64,000 bases of DNA from Rhina ancylostomus (GCA_030265395.1 JARFYF010000055.1:20214896-20278895), one strand, 5' to 3'; positions 1 to 12,464 are shown, counted from the first letter of the stretch. The notes: generated from the letters alone by a model not told the origin. Numbers and translations: made by a program.

Positions 1-715
1 TACAAATTTAAAATTGATGAGATTGTAGTTCAATTCTGCAGAAATCAAAAAACTGCAGAAGCTGAAAACCTGGTTAAAGGGACCAATGGTCAGGTGTGCA
101 CTGATGGGTGGGGTGGATCCAAACCTTGATTGACAGCTGTGTGTCTTTTGACCAGGTAATGGGCAATACTGTCATGTGACAGCCACAACCCTCCACAATA
201 CAGCTTATCACTAGTGGTTTAGGACCCAACACGATAAGCAACTGCTCCTCCTAGCCACAAGGGTTCCATAGAAAGATTATTTCATTCAACTAACATTGGC
301 CTCTTCCAGCCACTCCACAGAAACCTGACATACATGAGCTGCCAGCACCAACACCCTCAGGTCTCCTGAACCTGCTGTTTGGAGCTGGTGGCTTCGTCAG
401 ACCAGGACCTTCCATGTGGTGGATTGGGCAGCCTTTTCATTTCTTTTGCCCAGCAAATTTCAATGAATGTGGGAGGAATGGTGTCTTGCTATCTTAACTT
501 CACCCTCCACTGGATTTCTACAGTGGTTGCACAGAGCATTGAATTTGCAATTGCAAACAACCACTAACAAGGCTGATATGGGAAGTTACAAATCCCACCC
601 TGAAGCAGTGCAATCTTCTGCTTCAGAGAGAATCCATATTTTGAGGCAAAGCAGATTCCCACTCTGGAACTGTTATTTTTGGAATGACTGACATATCTCA
701 CCCTGATTTCATTTA

Positions 716-846
716 ACAAACTACTGGAAAAATTCAGTGGGTCAAGGAGCATTTGTGGAGGCAAAGGGATAGCCGATGTGACCCTGCATCAGGCCAGCAG
801 TTTGTTTTTTTGCTCCAGATTCCAGCATCTGCAGTCTCCTGTGTCT
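716..846. mobile_element. Penelope-like element terminal (pseudo-LTR) foldback fragment with degenerate minimal hammerhead motif
   Basis: Left arm is the minus orientation (revcomp CCTGATGCAGGGT at 781-793); right arm CCAGCAGTTTG...GCTCCAGATTCCAGCATCTGCAGTC is plus. Same family as 16580-16765, 28315-28405 and the end of the Penelope relic at ~17635. Confidence 0.65.
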
Positions 847-1364
847 TCCTGATTTTATTTACACTGACTCCAGTCTTCCTTTCATCTTAAATATTTTTTT
901 CAAGAAATCAATAAACCCATGTTCTCAGTGGACATGTTCACAAATGATTAAGGAAAGTTAGCAAGGCAGAAAAAAAAAGCTCACCATTCAGCAAAAGTTT
1001 AGTCTGCAGAGTTGACTTCTTTGCTTTTACCTCATGATACCAATGGTTCAAGTTTAGGACTGGCAATAAACACCAACAACATATATATTCATCGATTTGT
1101 AGGCATAGAGATAAAATGATATGGTCATGGCCATGGAACAAGAAACTTCATATTTGCAATGTCAACAGAAACCCAAAAGAGGGATTCCACATACTAAGCA
1201 AGAAGTTTCAGGAAATGATTCTACAGTCTCCAATGTAAGGATGTGCAGAGTTCAGCATTGTAATTTTCAATCATTTTCAGTGAGGAAAAATCTGCACTTA
1301 TTATAATTCAATAAACATTATCAGTTATACAATATCTTCTCAGAAAATCTTCTGGTAACAAGAG

Positions 1365-1575
1365 ATGGCTGCACTATCAGAGTTGCAATAAGATTCCACT
1401 GTATTATTTGAAAAGAGGAGTTCTTCTTCCAGTGTTCTAATATTTATCCCTTGGTCAACCATAATATTAAAACAAAGACCACCTGATTGTAATCTCATTG
1501 CTGTTTGTGGGTATTGCTATGTACTGATTCACAACAAATTATTTGGGATGTTAATAGCTTAAATAAATTGAAGTT
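1365..1575 (+). mobile_element. Deu-domain SINE fragment
   Basis: TATTTGAAAAGAGGAGTTCT...AATATTTATCCCT...CATTGCTGTTTGTGGG resembles the remembered Deu core; homologous to other copies in the window. Confidence 0.6.
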
Positions 1576-4500
1576 GTTTATTTGAACATGAATATTTGTT
1601 TTATCCATACTAATTCTATTGCAGATTCATTTATCACTTTAGAAGTGATGCACATCAGTCACAGTAAACAGATTGCAAAGCTCATAGTATAAGAGCATTG
1701 GACAACAGATCAATATCTAAATGGCTCTCATTAAATAAAGCAGAGACACAAGACCCAAAATACTTTATACATGTTTATGAGTGGTCACAGATAGGTTGCT
1801 AAGTGCACAATGAAGGACATCGTCAGGAGTGCCAGAACAAGTATGAATTGACTCCATCAGATAGAAAACAGAGACTAGGCAGCTGAGGCAGCAGACTTGC
1901 TGAAGGAGGAGGGCCACACTATTGTGAGGTCTTACACTGGAAATTCACAGAAGGGGATAATGATGACAACAATGGTGGTGCCACAAAGTGAGCCATCATG
2001 CTTTACTTGGGACAGGCAGAAGGGAAATCTGTATCTAAATATTGGTTTTTGTCTTCCTTCAGTCTTCCAATACAAACCAAAGATTTATCTTTTTTCATTG
2101 TCCAACTGATTTCATAATGTATATGTTCAGGGATTATTTGGAACTGCTGCACCTATGTTCAACTGTCCCTAAGCTGCCCTTCACTAACGTCAGTGCAAGT
2201 CATCTGAATCTGAATGGGAAAAACTTTGAAAAGTCTGAATGAGTCTGTTGTTCCTCAGTTTAGATCCATTTAGGTTTGAGCATTACAACCAGGAGATCAT
2301 CCCCAAATGGTTTATACAGAGGATCACAATCCTTTCCACATCAGCGGGGGGGCCTATTATTGATTCAGACCATGCTATATCCTGTCAGTGAAGCCTTTTC
2401 CTGTGACAGAATGAAAGCAACAATAGACATCATCACTCACCGTTCAAAATTAGCCATTCGGATTTTTGGGGATGATATCAGAACATGCAACTTTTGGTCT
2501 CAGCATGGATCAAAGTTTTCTAAAACAAAAAGGAGGGTATTTGATTACTTGTCACATTCTTTTCCTGCTATTTTCTATTCTGGATGACACAGTTCATATA
2601 CATCTGTAAAAGATATTTTAATTGCACAAATATTTAAATTGTGTTGTTAATGAAGCATCTGGTACAAAATCTTACTGTTCTTTTATTGACTGAGTCAGCC
2701 TTTAACGCTTGTGTGCAGGGTACACATACAATTGGAACCAAACTGCCCTATTTAGATCAGTTTGCAGGTGGAGGCATTGTTTCAGATCGTGTTGGCTTGT
2801 TACACTAGAACGTCTGGTAGTCACATACTAACTGTTATCTCCTTTAGAGACTGAGCCGTCTTGTTGATATCACAGTATCACAGTGGGGCACTGTGTTCTT
2901 TATTAATAGACTGCACCCATCCGTTGCACAACGCATGGTTTGACATCACAAGCTTACAACTGTTCCAACATTATTCACAATAATCAAAGGGTTAATTAGT
3001 GTTATTGCAGTACAAGAGGCCATCAAATGCTGAACGAGTTAATTTCTGAACTGTGTTGAAATAACCTTTTGTTATTGTTGCAGCCCTGTGCTGCTCCAGA
3101 GCAGTCGAGTCCTAATTTGCCCAGAATAATTGCAGAGAGTCTGATTAAAACCCAGGTGTTGAGAGAAACTCAATCTTATTTCCCAGGGTGATTCTATCAG
3201 TTTAAAAAAAATGTTTTTCTGCANNNNNNNNNNNNNNNNNNNNNNNNNNNNNNNNNNNNNNNNNNNNNNNNNNNNNNNNNNNNNNNNNNNNNNNNNNNNN
3301 NNNNNNNNNNNNNNNNNNNNNNNAAAATCAATCTTATTTCCCAGGGTTATTCTCTCAGTTTAAAAAAAATGTTTTTCTGCAAATGAAAAAAATGCAAAAA
3401 GATAACAGAATTCATTGCTCTTAAAATTTTAAATTTAAAAAGTTAATAAAGCTCAGGCTGGAAGATGATAGAAATTTGCATTTCACAGATTAACATGCAC
3501 AAAAAAAGCAAAAATCCTTTTGCCTCAGGTAATAATTTGAGAAACCTTTGCATATTTTATTTAAAACCAGGCCGAGTTTAGCAGGGTAATAACACAGACA
3601 GATGATGATTAGAAGGTTAGGCCTGGAGGGCTCACAGCTTGGGCCCTGCAACTTCTCACACACAAAGGACTGCTGAAGTGCAGATTACTCTAATTGCCTG
3701 TCACGCGTTTGTCAAATGTTCTGTGCAAATATTATGCACAACTCTGCCAACCTTTTGAATATCTCTCTAACAACTTTTTTTTAAACAGACAAGTTTCGGC
3801 ATATTGTGCGTTACGAAACTGTGAATTTGATAAGTGTGGCATGCTGCTTGTCATGTCAGGAACCCCTGAGTAATAATTGAAAAAGGTGCACCCAGCAGAA
3901 GGAATTACTGACAATGGACACATTAGCCTTGTGTGTTTTTCTGAAATGAATAACGGGATTGCTGTAAAATTGTACTATCAAGAGAAATCACTTCAAAAGC
4001 TCATATTTCCCACATTTACTTCTGAAGATCATGAAGTGAGAGAAAAATGGAGTACATAGAAACTGTTTCTTTGCTGAAGACCTTCCTAATCACTACAGAA
4101 AATATTTTACACTGTTCCTTTATTAAAATCCTTTACTGGTAGCATGATAGATTTTGGTGCTTGGGTTCCAATTAATACAGTTTTATGTCATTTACTTAAA
4201 CATAAGAATCCCAGATGAGTTGAAGTAACATTTAGCTTTTGAAGGCACAATTTGTGGACCAGATAAAGATGCAACAAAGAAAAGCCAACCTGAGAAAGGA
4301 AGGAAGGAACTCAATTCAAAAAAAACACTTGTGTACAAAATACATCTTGTTGACGAATGAATGAGCCCAACACAGGTATAAATACAAAGGATCCCGTGTT
4401 TGGTTGCAATTTAATGTTGGGAATAAAATTCCCTTCTTAAATCTTTCAATCTCAGGAATTCCTTTTCAAAATAAATGGAGTGGAATTTCAACTAATTGGC

Positions 4501-5619
4501 TAGAAATCAGTCAAACTGGTGCAAAAGATTGAGGAAATTCAGGTGTAAATTTTGACCAACCCAAATCAGGTTTTTATGATTTGGTGCTGTTTAAAAAGTA
4601 TTGTGCTTGATCTAGACAAACTAAGCACTTTGCCAAGCTTCTACTGATCACTCTTTTGCAGATCTGTGATGATCCTCTTAAACTTAAGTTGATGTTTTTA
4701 GGTGTGGGTCTCTGATATGCACCTGTTAAGAGCTTTGAAACAGTAAAGGCTTGAACTTACTAAAACCTGAAGACAATGAAACTAGTAAAAGGCTCTATAT
4801 GGTTTTTAAAGTAATTTTCCATGAGTTATGGTTGGGCTTTACACCAGCCTTTCAATTAAAGATGCTGCTTTTTCTACTGCACTAATCAAACAGTGCCAGG
4901 TGTAAATTGTGCCCAATGAAGGTTGTAAATTTAAGCACATTAAGAAATATTTTTCAAAGCAATTTCTTAAAGAATACTCTGCATTGAAATACAGTGTAAT
5001 TCCACTGGTTCATGGAAGAATTTTAATTCAGCAATATACAAATAAGATCAAACAGAAATTTAGGCAAACATTTCAATTCATGAAACAAATGCAGTTTCGA
5101 GTGCACTTGGTGCCTGGATCACCAACTGTATCCAAGACAGAAACACCACCCCTGTGTGATTTTGCCTAATGTTAAGAAGCATTACCCTGTAGCTGTGAGA
5201 GGAGAGATAAGTGATTATGGTCCGGATCTGCCTCAATATAATGCAATTCTCAAGAGCCAAGGTATTGTGGCAGTGTATCAAGGGAAACGCAATTTGTGAC
5301 ACGGTAGTGAAGACTGGAAATCACTTCCTGTTTCTGTCATTCATAACTAAGAACTAAAAACCTATTTTATTCATGCTTATTCCTGACCTGAGTTAACTTC
5401 CATTTAATTTCTTTTCCATTTGGCTTCAAGGTTTGATATGGGTTTTAGCGAAATTTGCCTTCTCTTCTTGAAGTCAAATGGTTTTTTTCTGAATAATTTA
5501 GGGTGGATTTTTTTGGGTATCGTCATTCCAGGAAGCCATGATTTAAGTTGACAAACAATCCAAGGTGTTTTGAGGAGGCAGTCTGTGATAATTCTTATCT
5601 CTGTGCTAAATCCTATTCC

Positions 5620-5845
5620 AGCTGGAGTGCCTGTTCCAGGGTAAAGTTCAGGTCAATACTGAGGGAGCAATGCAAAATTGGAGGTGCTTTCTATTTTTGA
5701 ATGAGGTGTACCAAAAGCCCTGTTAACCTTTTCAGGTTGGTTTAACTCAAAATCTAAGCATTTATTTGAAGAAAAGCAGAGATATATCCTAGCCAAGATT
5801 TAGCCCTTAATCAACATCACTGAAACAGGGTATCTGGCCATTTAC
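5620..5845 (+). mobile_element. Deu-domain SINE, 5' part (split by a LINE insertion)
   Basis: TACTGAGGGAGCAATGC...GGAGGTGC...TATTTGAAGAAAAGCAG...CAACATCACTGAAACAG...ATCTGGCCATT; continues at ~7005. Confidence 0.7.
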
Positions 5846-7003
5846 CTAGTTCTGGATTCACCAGGGTCACTCAGCTCCAAATCTCATTACAACCTTGGTC
5901 TGACCATCAACAAATTCCAGACTNNNNNNNNNNNNNNNNNNNNNNNNNNNNNNNNNNNNNNNNNNNNNNNNNNNNNNNNNNNNNNNNNNNNNNNNNNNNN
6001 NNNNNNNNNNNNNNNNNNNNNNNNNNNNNNNNNNNNNNNNNNNNNNNNNNNNNNNNNNNNNNNNNNNNNNNNNNNNNNNNNNNNNNNNNNNNNNNNNNNN
6101 NNNNNNNNNNNNNNNNNNNNNNNNNNNNNNNNNNNNNNNNNNNNNNNNNNNNNNNNNNNNNNNNNNNNNNNNNNNNNNNNNNNNNNNNNNNNNNNNNNNN
6201 NNNNNNNNNNNNNNNNNNNNNNNNNNNNNNNNNNNNNNNNNNNNNNNNNNNNNNNNNNNNNNNNNNNNNNNNNNNNNNNNNNNNNNNNNNNNNNNNNNNN
6301 NNNNNNNNNNNNNNNNNNNNNNNNNNNNNNNNNNNNNNNNNNNNNNTATACTCTTGACATTCAACCATGTTACCATTGACCACAGAGGTCACCACTTAGA
6401 GGAAACTAGACCAGCCACATAAACATTCCAGCTACAAACAGGTCAGAAGTTGGGCAACCAGTGGCAAGTGATTCACTTCCTGCCTCTGCAAACCTTGTCC
6501 AACATTTATAAGGCATAAGTCAGAAGTGGGATGGAATATTTTCAACTTGCCCGTATGAAGCATCATCGAGGACAAAGTAGTCCCCTTTAATGTAGCTCCA
6601 CCCAACACCCTAAATATTCCTTCCTTCCACAACTCAGTCACTAAGGCTGTAGTGAGTATTATCTATAAAATACAGCATTTATTCACCTTGTTTACTTGAG
6701 CACCTCCCTAGCCTGTAACTTCTACCACCTAAACAGCCCACCACAACAGGCACATGAGAGCACAATCACCTGCAAGTTCCCTGTCAGGCTACACATCATG
6801 CTGACATGGGATTATATTGTCATTCCTTCTTCATCAACAATGCTGAATCCTGGAAGAGCCTATCCAAAAACAATGTTGGAATTCTTTCGCTAATTCAACA
6901 AAAATAGCACACCACTACCTTTGTAAGAGCAGTTTTAAATGGACAATAAATACTGTCCATTAAACAGCAGTGATGTCCATATCCCATAAATGAATATAAA
7001 CAT
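5846..7003 (+). mobile_element. CR1/L2-group LINE 3' fragment spanning a gap
   Basis: Begins with RT peptide GHSAPNLITTLV before the gap; ends GGACAATAAATACTG...CATATCCCATAAATGAATA; same family as 12465-13140, 20530-21545 and 37470-37865. Confidence 0.7.
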
Positions 7004-7004
7004 G

Positions 7005-7150
7005 CTCACTGTTTGCTGTGGGTGTATACAAATATGTTGATGTATTTCCCTGCAACATAACAGAGGCTGTGCTTCAAAAGTACTTAACTGACTGTGAAAC
7101 ATTATGAAATGTTCTGTAGCTGCAAAATGGAATATTTGTTAATCTATTTT
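7005..7150 (+). mobile_element. Deu-domain SINE 3' tail (continuation of 5620-5845)
   Basis: GTTTGCTGTGGG...CTTCAAAAGTACTTAACTGACTGTGAAACATT matches the tail seen in other Deu copies. Confidence 0.6.
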
Positions 7151-7219
7151 TTTCCTTCTCACAAGGGCACCATTTTGCATTTTTACAAGTAGAAACAAAG
7201 AATATAATTTGTTAATCTG

Positions 7220-7690
7220 AGTCATAGTATCAGAGAGTTATACCGCACAGACACAGGCCATGTGGCCCACCATGACAGCCATCAAGTATCCATTTAAACT
7301 AATCTCATTTGCCAGCACCTAGTCTGTAGCCCTCTAGGCTTACAATGCTCATCTAGATACATTTTAAATGTTGAGAGAGTACCTGCCTCCACCACTGACT
7401 CAGGCAGTCTGTTCCAGATTCATCTTCTGAGTGAAAAAATACTTCCCAAGATTCCCTCTAAACCCCTTACCCCTTACTCTAAAACTGTCCCCTCTGGTTT
7501 TAGACACTTCCATTATAGGGAAAAGCTTCCTACTCTCTACCTTATCTATGCCTCTCTTAATTTTGTATACATCAGTCAGGAGTCCCTCAGCCTCCTCTGC
7601 CCAAAGGAAACTAAATTCAGTCCATCCAATCTCTCCTTACAACTGAAACTCTCTGTTCCAGGCAACATCCTGGTAAATCTCCTCTGCATC
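7220..7690 (-). mobile_element. CR1 LINE 3' end
   Basis: TACCTGCCTCCACCAC...CCCTCTAAACC...CCAGGCAACATCCTGGTAAATCTCCTCTGCA is the reverse of the CR1 ORF2 C-terminus and 3'UTR; homologous to 12075, 34665, 42025 and 53715 copies. Confidence 0.85.
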
Positions 7691-8409
7691 TGATTTGATA
7701 AGAAGGGAGTGTTGGCCAAAAAAACAGAGAATTCCTGATTCTTCCAATATTGCCTTGGAGTTTCTTATTGCCTTGGAACTAAACCACAGGCAGGGCTTTG
7801 ATTTAACATTTTATTTGAAGGACAACTTCCTCGAAATTCAGTCCTGGTTCTCCAGGATAAATGCGTTATCTTGCATCAGTGCATTCTGCTCTGCTTGCTG
7901 AATTCATCCCACTGTAATCAGTGTGGATCAATGCTATAAACCAAGGATGAACTTCTAGGCAAATTTCTGCAATAATCCACTCCCTATCTCTGCACCCCGT
8001 TCTAATCTGCTGTCAACTGTGACGAAGTTAAAACACTACACCTTCCGGAATTCAGTCTACAATGTGGTCACACATTCTTCAATCTTCAGGAGCACCAGGA
8101 AGCAAAGCACAGAAACAAAATTAGGTAGAGCAAAATACTTGGAGCCAATGGCAGATGTCAATGACAATAAAACAGTATGCATTTTAATTACTCAAAGTTA
8201 CTTTGCAAATGAACAAATTCATGGAGAATAACATTGTCACAAGCTTTAAAAAGTTCTGATTATTTAAGCTGCAGAGGTGACTGTCACAAACATCTTGTCC
8301 ATTAACAAGCTGAAGTATCTATAGAGTACAACAGTGAAATCTTAGCTTTGAAACATTTCAACATTGTGATCAAGTAATTTATGCTGGAACTGACCATGGA
8401 CTGCAACAG

Positions 8410-8590
8410 CCATATGTGAAAGGTTCCCAGCCTGGACTGAATTAAAAACATGGGCCCTGGTGTTCCCACTAGTCATTGTGCCTGAGGCTAAAGGAAGGAA
8501 AAACAGTCGAGGCTTCAATTTCAGAATGCTATCAGTAAAACCTAGTAGACAATAGGCCAAATCGAGCTGAATCCAACCAGGACCTCAACT
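8410..8590 (+). mobile_element. Ancient SINE fragment (AmnSINE2-like, from memory)
   Basis: GGCTAAAGGAAGGAAAAACAGTCGAGG...GCTATCAGT; related reverse-orientation pieces at 10600-10740, 26490-26610 and 29770-29910. Confidence 0.4.
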
Positions 8591-10404
8591 CACCATCAAT
8601 GTTCCCAATGTGATTTACTCAGGCTTGTAGCTGTGTAGCTCTTTAAGAATTGTAGCATATGACCAACTACTTCCTGCATGTTGCTATAAATGCTTCAATG
8701 CAGAGGCTTGCAGAAACTATCTGTCCCTGTAGACAATGCAAGAGATGCTGCTTTGTGCAATGCAAGTTCTTCTATAAATTAATTACTCTTGTTAGCGTAA
8801 ATGAGAAAAAGTACTAAGTCAGAAGCACCGGCTAATGAAACTACAAAATTTGAATTCTGTGCCAAGCACAAGGAATTGCACAAGTTGTATGATTAAATTA
8901 AGATAGTACACCATGGAACAACCTTAGCCATTGGATTCCAGGCAAGTCTATAAATAGTGATAGCAGAGAGAAAAACTTACAATATATTTTGAGCTGGCTG
9001 TGGTGAATAAACCAGAACAGATGGATGTTCCAATATTATTGTATCTCTTTGCTGGCACGGGGAGAGAATTGTACCACACCAAAAAGCCCTCAAATGAGAC
9101 CCTGGAGAATTGCAACCTGCCCAGAAATGAAACAGTTGTTCATTACAAGTTCTCTACTTGTGAGGAGGAGCAGAGAGAACCTGCTGATTTTCTTAACAAC
9201 AGCTAGCAGTTCGCAGTTTCACAGATTTGAAGGACATGCTCATCTGAGATTGGATTATTTGGTGACTCCAGAAGGAATAGCTATTGCATGAGACAGAGTT
9301 AACTCAGAAAAAAAGTGGGCATGCAGACAGGCAAAATTCTGGAGCCAGAGGTGCTAGGTGATCAGCAAAAGGTGCTGGATGATCAGCAATGTCTAGGGTA
9401 CCTTCACTGTATTTTCCCTGTACATGCCTTTTGTCCCACACTTCACATACCATGAAGGTATCTTCTATATTGCTGGTGTTGCAGTAGCAACACAAGAAAA
9501 AGAAATGACCTGCATTTGTGAAAAAGTGAGTGCATTATGGTTGGAAAAATCATTTCTGCAAACAGTGTATAATAAGAAGGACATGTAAATCTATGGAATG
9601 GATGAGAGGTGCTCTGCATGAGCAGAGGCAGGCTCAGTTTCAGAGTACCAGTTGAACGCAGTGTACCTGATGTCACTCTTTGGAAGGAACACTCACTAGA
9701 TGTACTTACACCAAAATGTTGGTGCAAGGATAACCAGTGACACTTCAACTTGACTCAGGAGCAATCTATAATCTTATTTCAAAGCAAGTCCTCAACCTCC
9801 AGGTATTGCAGTTAAAGTCTACAAGTTATGTGCTGCCAACATACAAAAAGACCACTGTTGAGATGATACTCTCTAAAGGTGGTGAACCCAAAGAACCAAG
9901 AGAGTTATAATCTGAATTTCAACAAAGCAGACAAGCAAGATGTCACAACCATACTTGGAAGTAGCACAACACAGCAAATGGGACTGATAAGGGTAATGGC
10001 AAGATTGTGAGAACTGTCTCAACTCATTGTTTCATTTCAGCTTCAGCAATTATTTCAGTTGCACAACTTACAGATACATATAGAGATGTATAGGATGCAC
10101 CCATTAAGGCATGCTCCTGTGTTCTCAAGGAGAAATTAAAACTGAGTTAGAGATAAAGATGAAATCAGTAGCCCCAGTAGATGCACATAGCCCTGGGTAC
10201 CCAGCTTGTGTGTTGAGAAATCAGTTAGCAAGCCTAGAACTTGCCTAGACCAGAAGGAGTTCTGATCTCATCATTCTCAGTTTTTGCATTACACAGTGAG
10301 GTTATACTGTCCAGTGGATCCAACTGTGATCAGCACCTCAGGGATGAAAGATAAACTTAGCACAAGTGATTTGATCTTCAAAAGCAAGAAGATAATTGTT
10401 CCCA

Positions 10405-10530
10405 AGATACAAAGGTATCACATAGAACAGTACAGCACAGGAACAAGCCCTTCAGTCTACAATGTCTGTGCCAACCATGCCAATGTTAACTAATTCCATC
10501 TGCCTGCACATGGCAGATCTGCCATTCTTT
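10405..10530 (-). mobile_element. CR1 LINE 3' tail
   Basis: CATAGAACAGTACAGCACAGGAACAAGCCCTTCAG...CCATCTGCCTGCACATGG. Confidence 0.75.
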
Positions 10531-10599
10531 ATCCTTATGCTGAAACAGTGAATGGGAATGCTCTGGTTAACCTTAAGCGCCTACCAAAGCTGAGCTCGA

Positions 10600-10740
10600 T
10601 CTTGCTCTCACTTGACACGGGTTCTCGCTCATGAACACAGCTTCCAGTAGGTGTCACTAAATTGCAATCAGGTGCAGGGAACCTGCCAGATGTTAGGAGG
10701 CAAGGTCTCTTGAGGCCAATTGTAGCACCTCTACAAGGGT
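10600..10740 (-). mobile_element. Ancient SINE fragment (same family as 8410-8590)
   Basis: CTTCCAGTAGGTGTCACT...ATCAGGTGCAGGGAACC...TGAGGCCAATTGTAGCACC; shares ATCAGG.GCAGGGAACC with 26514-26530. Confidence 0.5.
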
Positions 10741-11644
10741 AATGGAGTAGGCATACATTGCTCCAGGAAAATAAAGTTGCCAGTTTGACCTGAGGTATGA
10801 CCATTTGTAGGTAGGCTGAAAATTTGTCCCTGGCCTCTGAAAAATCCTACTGAACATTCACAGTTGCTGACATCACAGTTGGAATATGTATAAACAGTTT
10901 ATTTGTTATCTGATCTAGAATGCCGGTTACCATAGTGTACCTGACTACAGGACATCCAGTAAAATTGGTGCAGCAGAACTTCTTTGATGTATATTTAAAA
11001 CTTTAACTATTTTGTTACCGGTTGGTTCCTTGTTCTTCCTGTTCCTTGGCAATAATGCCATGAATACTCTTGATAAATTATTTTGTTGATGGGGATCAGA
11101 ATCATATATTTATTCTAAGGTTTTTAATAATAGTCCTGGTTGAATTCCAGGAGCCTGAATCTGTCAATCTGTTAACTCTACTTTAGCAGATAAAACTCAT
11201 CATAAAGTCTTTTTTTTTGTTTTAAGTGATGTTAATGAACTTGTTTGTCCAATTACCATTTTGGTTCCATTGAATAAAATTAATTTCTTTCTCCCCNNNN
11301 NNNNNNNNNNNNNNNNNNNNNNNNNNNNNNNNNNNNNNNNNNNNNNNNNNNNNNNNNNNNNNNNNNNNNNNNNNNNNNNNNNNNNNNNNNNNNNNNTAAT
11401 TTCTTTCTCCCCCTCTCCTCAACTACCCCCTGGCCAAAATTATTTTTCAGGCAACTCAGAGGCTCACTCCTGGTTTCCTGCCATCAGAGCTGGTGACCAA
11501 AAGGAATTCATCGTGCAATGAGTGTGGGAATTATTGTGCAAGGAGAGATCCAAAATACTGCAAGTGAAGACCCAATCTGTTGTGGCACCAAGGATACACT
11601 TCATTTGAACCAATCAAAGTAAGCTGGATAGTTTGAATACCAAT

Positions 11645-12065
11645 GTTCTTTTACTTATATTGTGCCTTCAGCATAGTAAAGTGTCCTGATGTGCTTTGTA
11701 GGAACATTACCAAACAAATTTGACACCAAGCCACCTTAAGGAGAAATTGGAACAAATGACTAAAACAGTAGTCAAAAGTGTGAGCTTAAAGGAGAAAAGA
11801 GCTGGGGATGTAAAGCTAGAGCCTTGGCATTCAATGATGCAGTGATCAAATTCAGGATGATTAAAAGGCAGGAGCTAGAAGCACTTATATCTCAGGGTTG
11901 TAGGTCAAGAGCAGATGATAGATGAGGCAGGGTTGGAATAAACTTGAAGGCGAGGATGAGAACTTTGATAATTATGTTTTATGTTCTAAGACCCAATATA
12001 GATCATAAAGCACAGATGTGACGGATGAAGGGGATAGTATGAGTTAGGACACAGGCAGCAGAGTT
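11645..12065 (-). mobile_element. L2 LINE 3' fragment
   Basis: Purine-rich strand typical of antisense L2 ORF2, ending GAGTTAGGACACAGGCAGCAGAGTT; terminal TTATATTGTGCCTT...GTGCTTT resembles the Deu-SINE tail. Confidence 0.6.
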
Positions 12066-12074
12066 GTCGTCAGG

Positions 12075-12445
12075 TCATAGAGTCTTAGCACAGAAACAGG
12101 CCCTTCAGCCCACTATCAGCTACCTGTCTATACTAATCCCATTTACCAGCACTAGGTCCATAGCCTACTATGCCTCAGCAATTTACGTGTTCATCTGGAT
12201 AAATGTTATGAGCACCTTCCTCCACCATTCACCCAGCCAGTGCATTCCAGATTCTGATCATTCACTGGGTTAAAAAAATCTTCCTCAGAGCCTTAAAACT
12301 CTTAACCTAAACCATGCCTCTCCTTTAGGTAAATGTTTCCTGCTATCTATGCCCTCAGTTGTGTTTACTTCTATCAGGTCCCAGTTCAGCCCCTTCTGCT
12401 CCAAGGAAAACTAACCCAGCTTGTCCAGTCTCTCCTCGTAACATT
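12075..12445 (-). mobile_element. CR1 LINE 3' end
   Basis: CATAGAGTCTTAGCACAGAAACAGGCCCTTCAGCCC...CTCCAAGGAAAACTAACCCAGC...CTCTCCTCGTAAC. Confidence 0.85.
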
Positions 12446-12464
12446 CAGTGTAATCTAGAACAAG

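Noticed and set aside
3170-3381. Apparent ~55-bp direct repeat flanking a 100-N gap
   Set aside because: Near-identical sequence on both sides of a fixed 100-N gap indicates overlapping contig ends, an assembly artefact.
5867-6395. Long ORF-track entries containing X runs (also 13368-14024, 32881-33353, 38081-38542 and others)
   Set aside because: Their length comes from N gaps, not coding sequence.
9349-9389. 21-bp imperfect tandem duplication (also the perfect one at 21866-21906)
   Set aside because: Two copies only and no spacers; ordinary slippage duplication.
9000-10000. Possible Myb/SANT or transposase relic
   Set aside because: Similarity was too faint to support any motif assignment.
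11279-11412. Duplicated flanks around gaps (also ~30166/30304, 31735/31849, 44634/44756, 49496/49615, 54751/54873, 55491/55534)
   Set aside because: The same scaffolding artefact recurs throughout the window; these are not biological repeats or CRISPR units.
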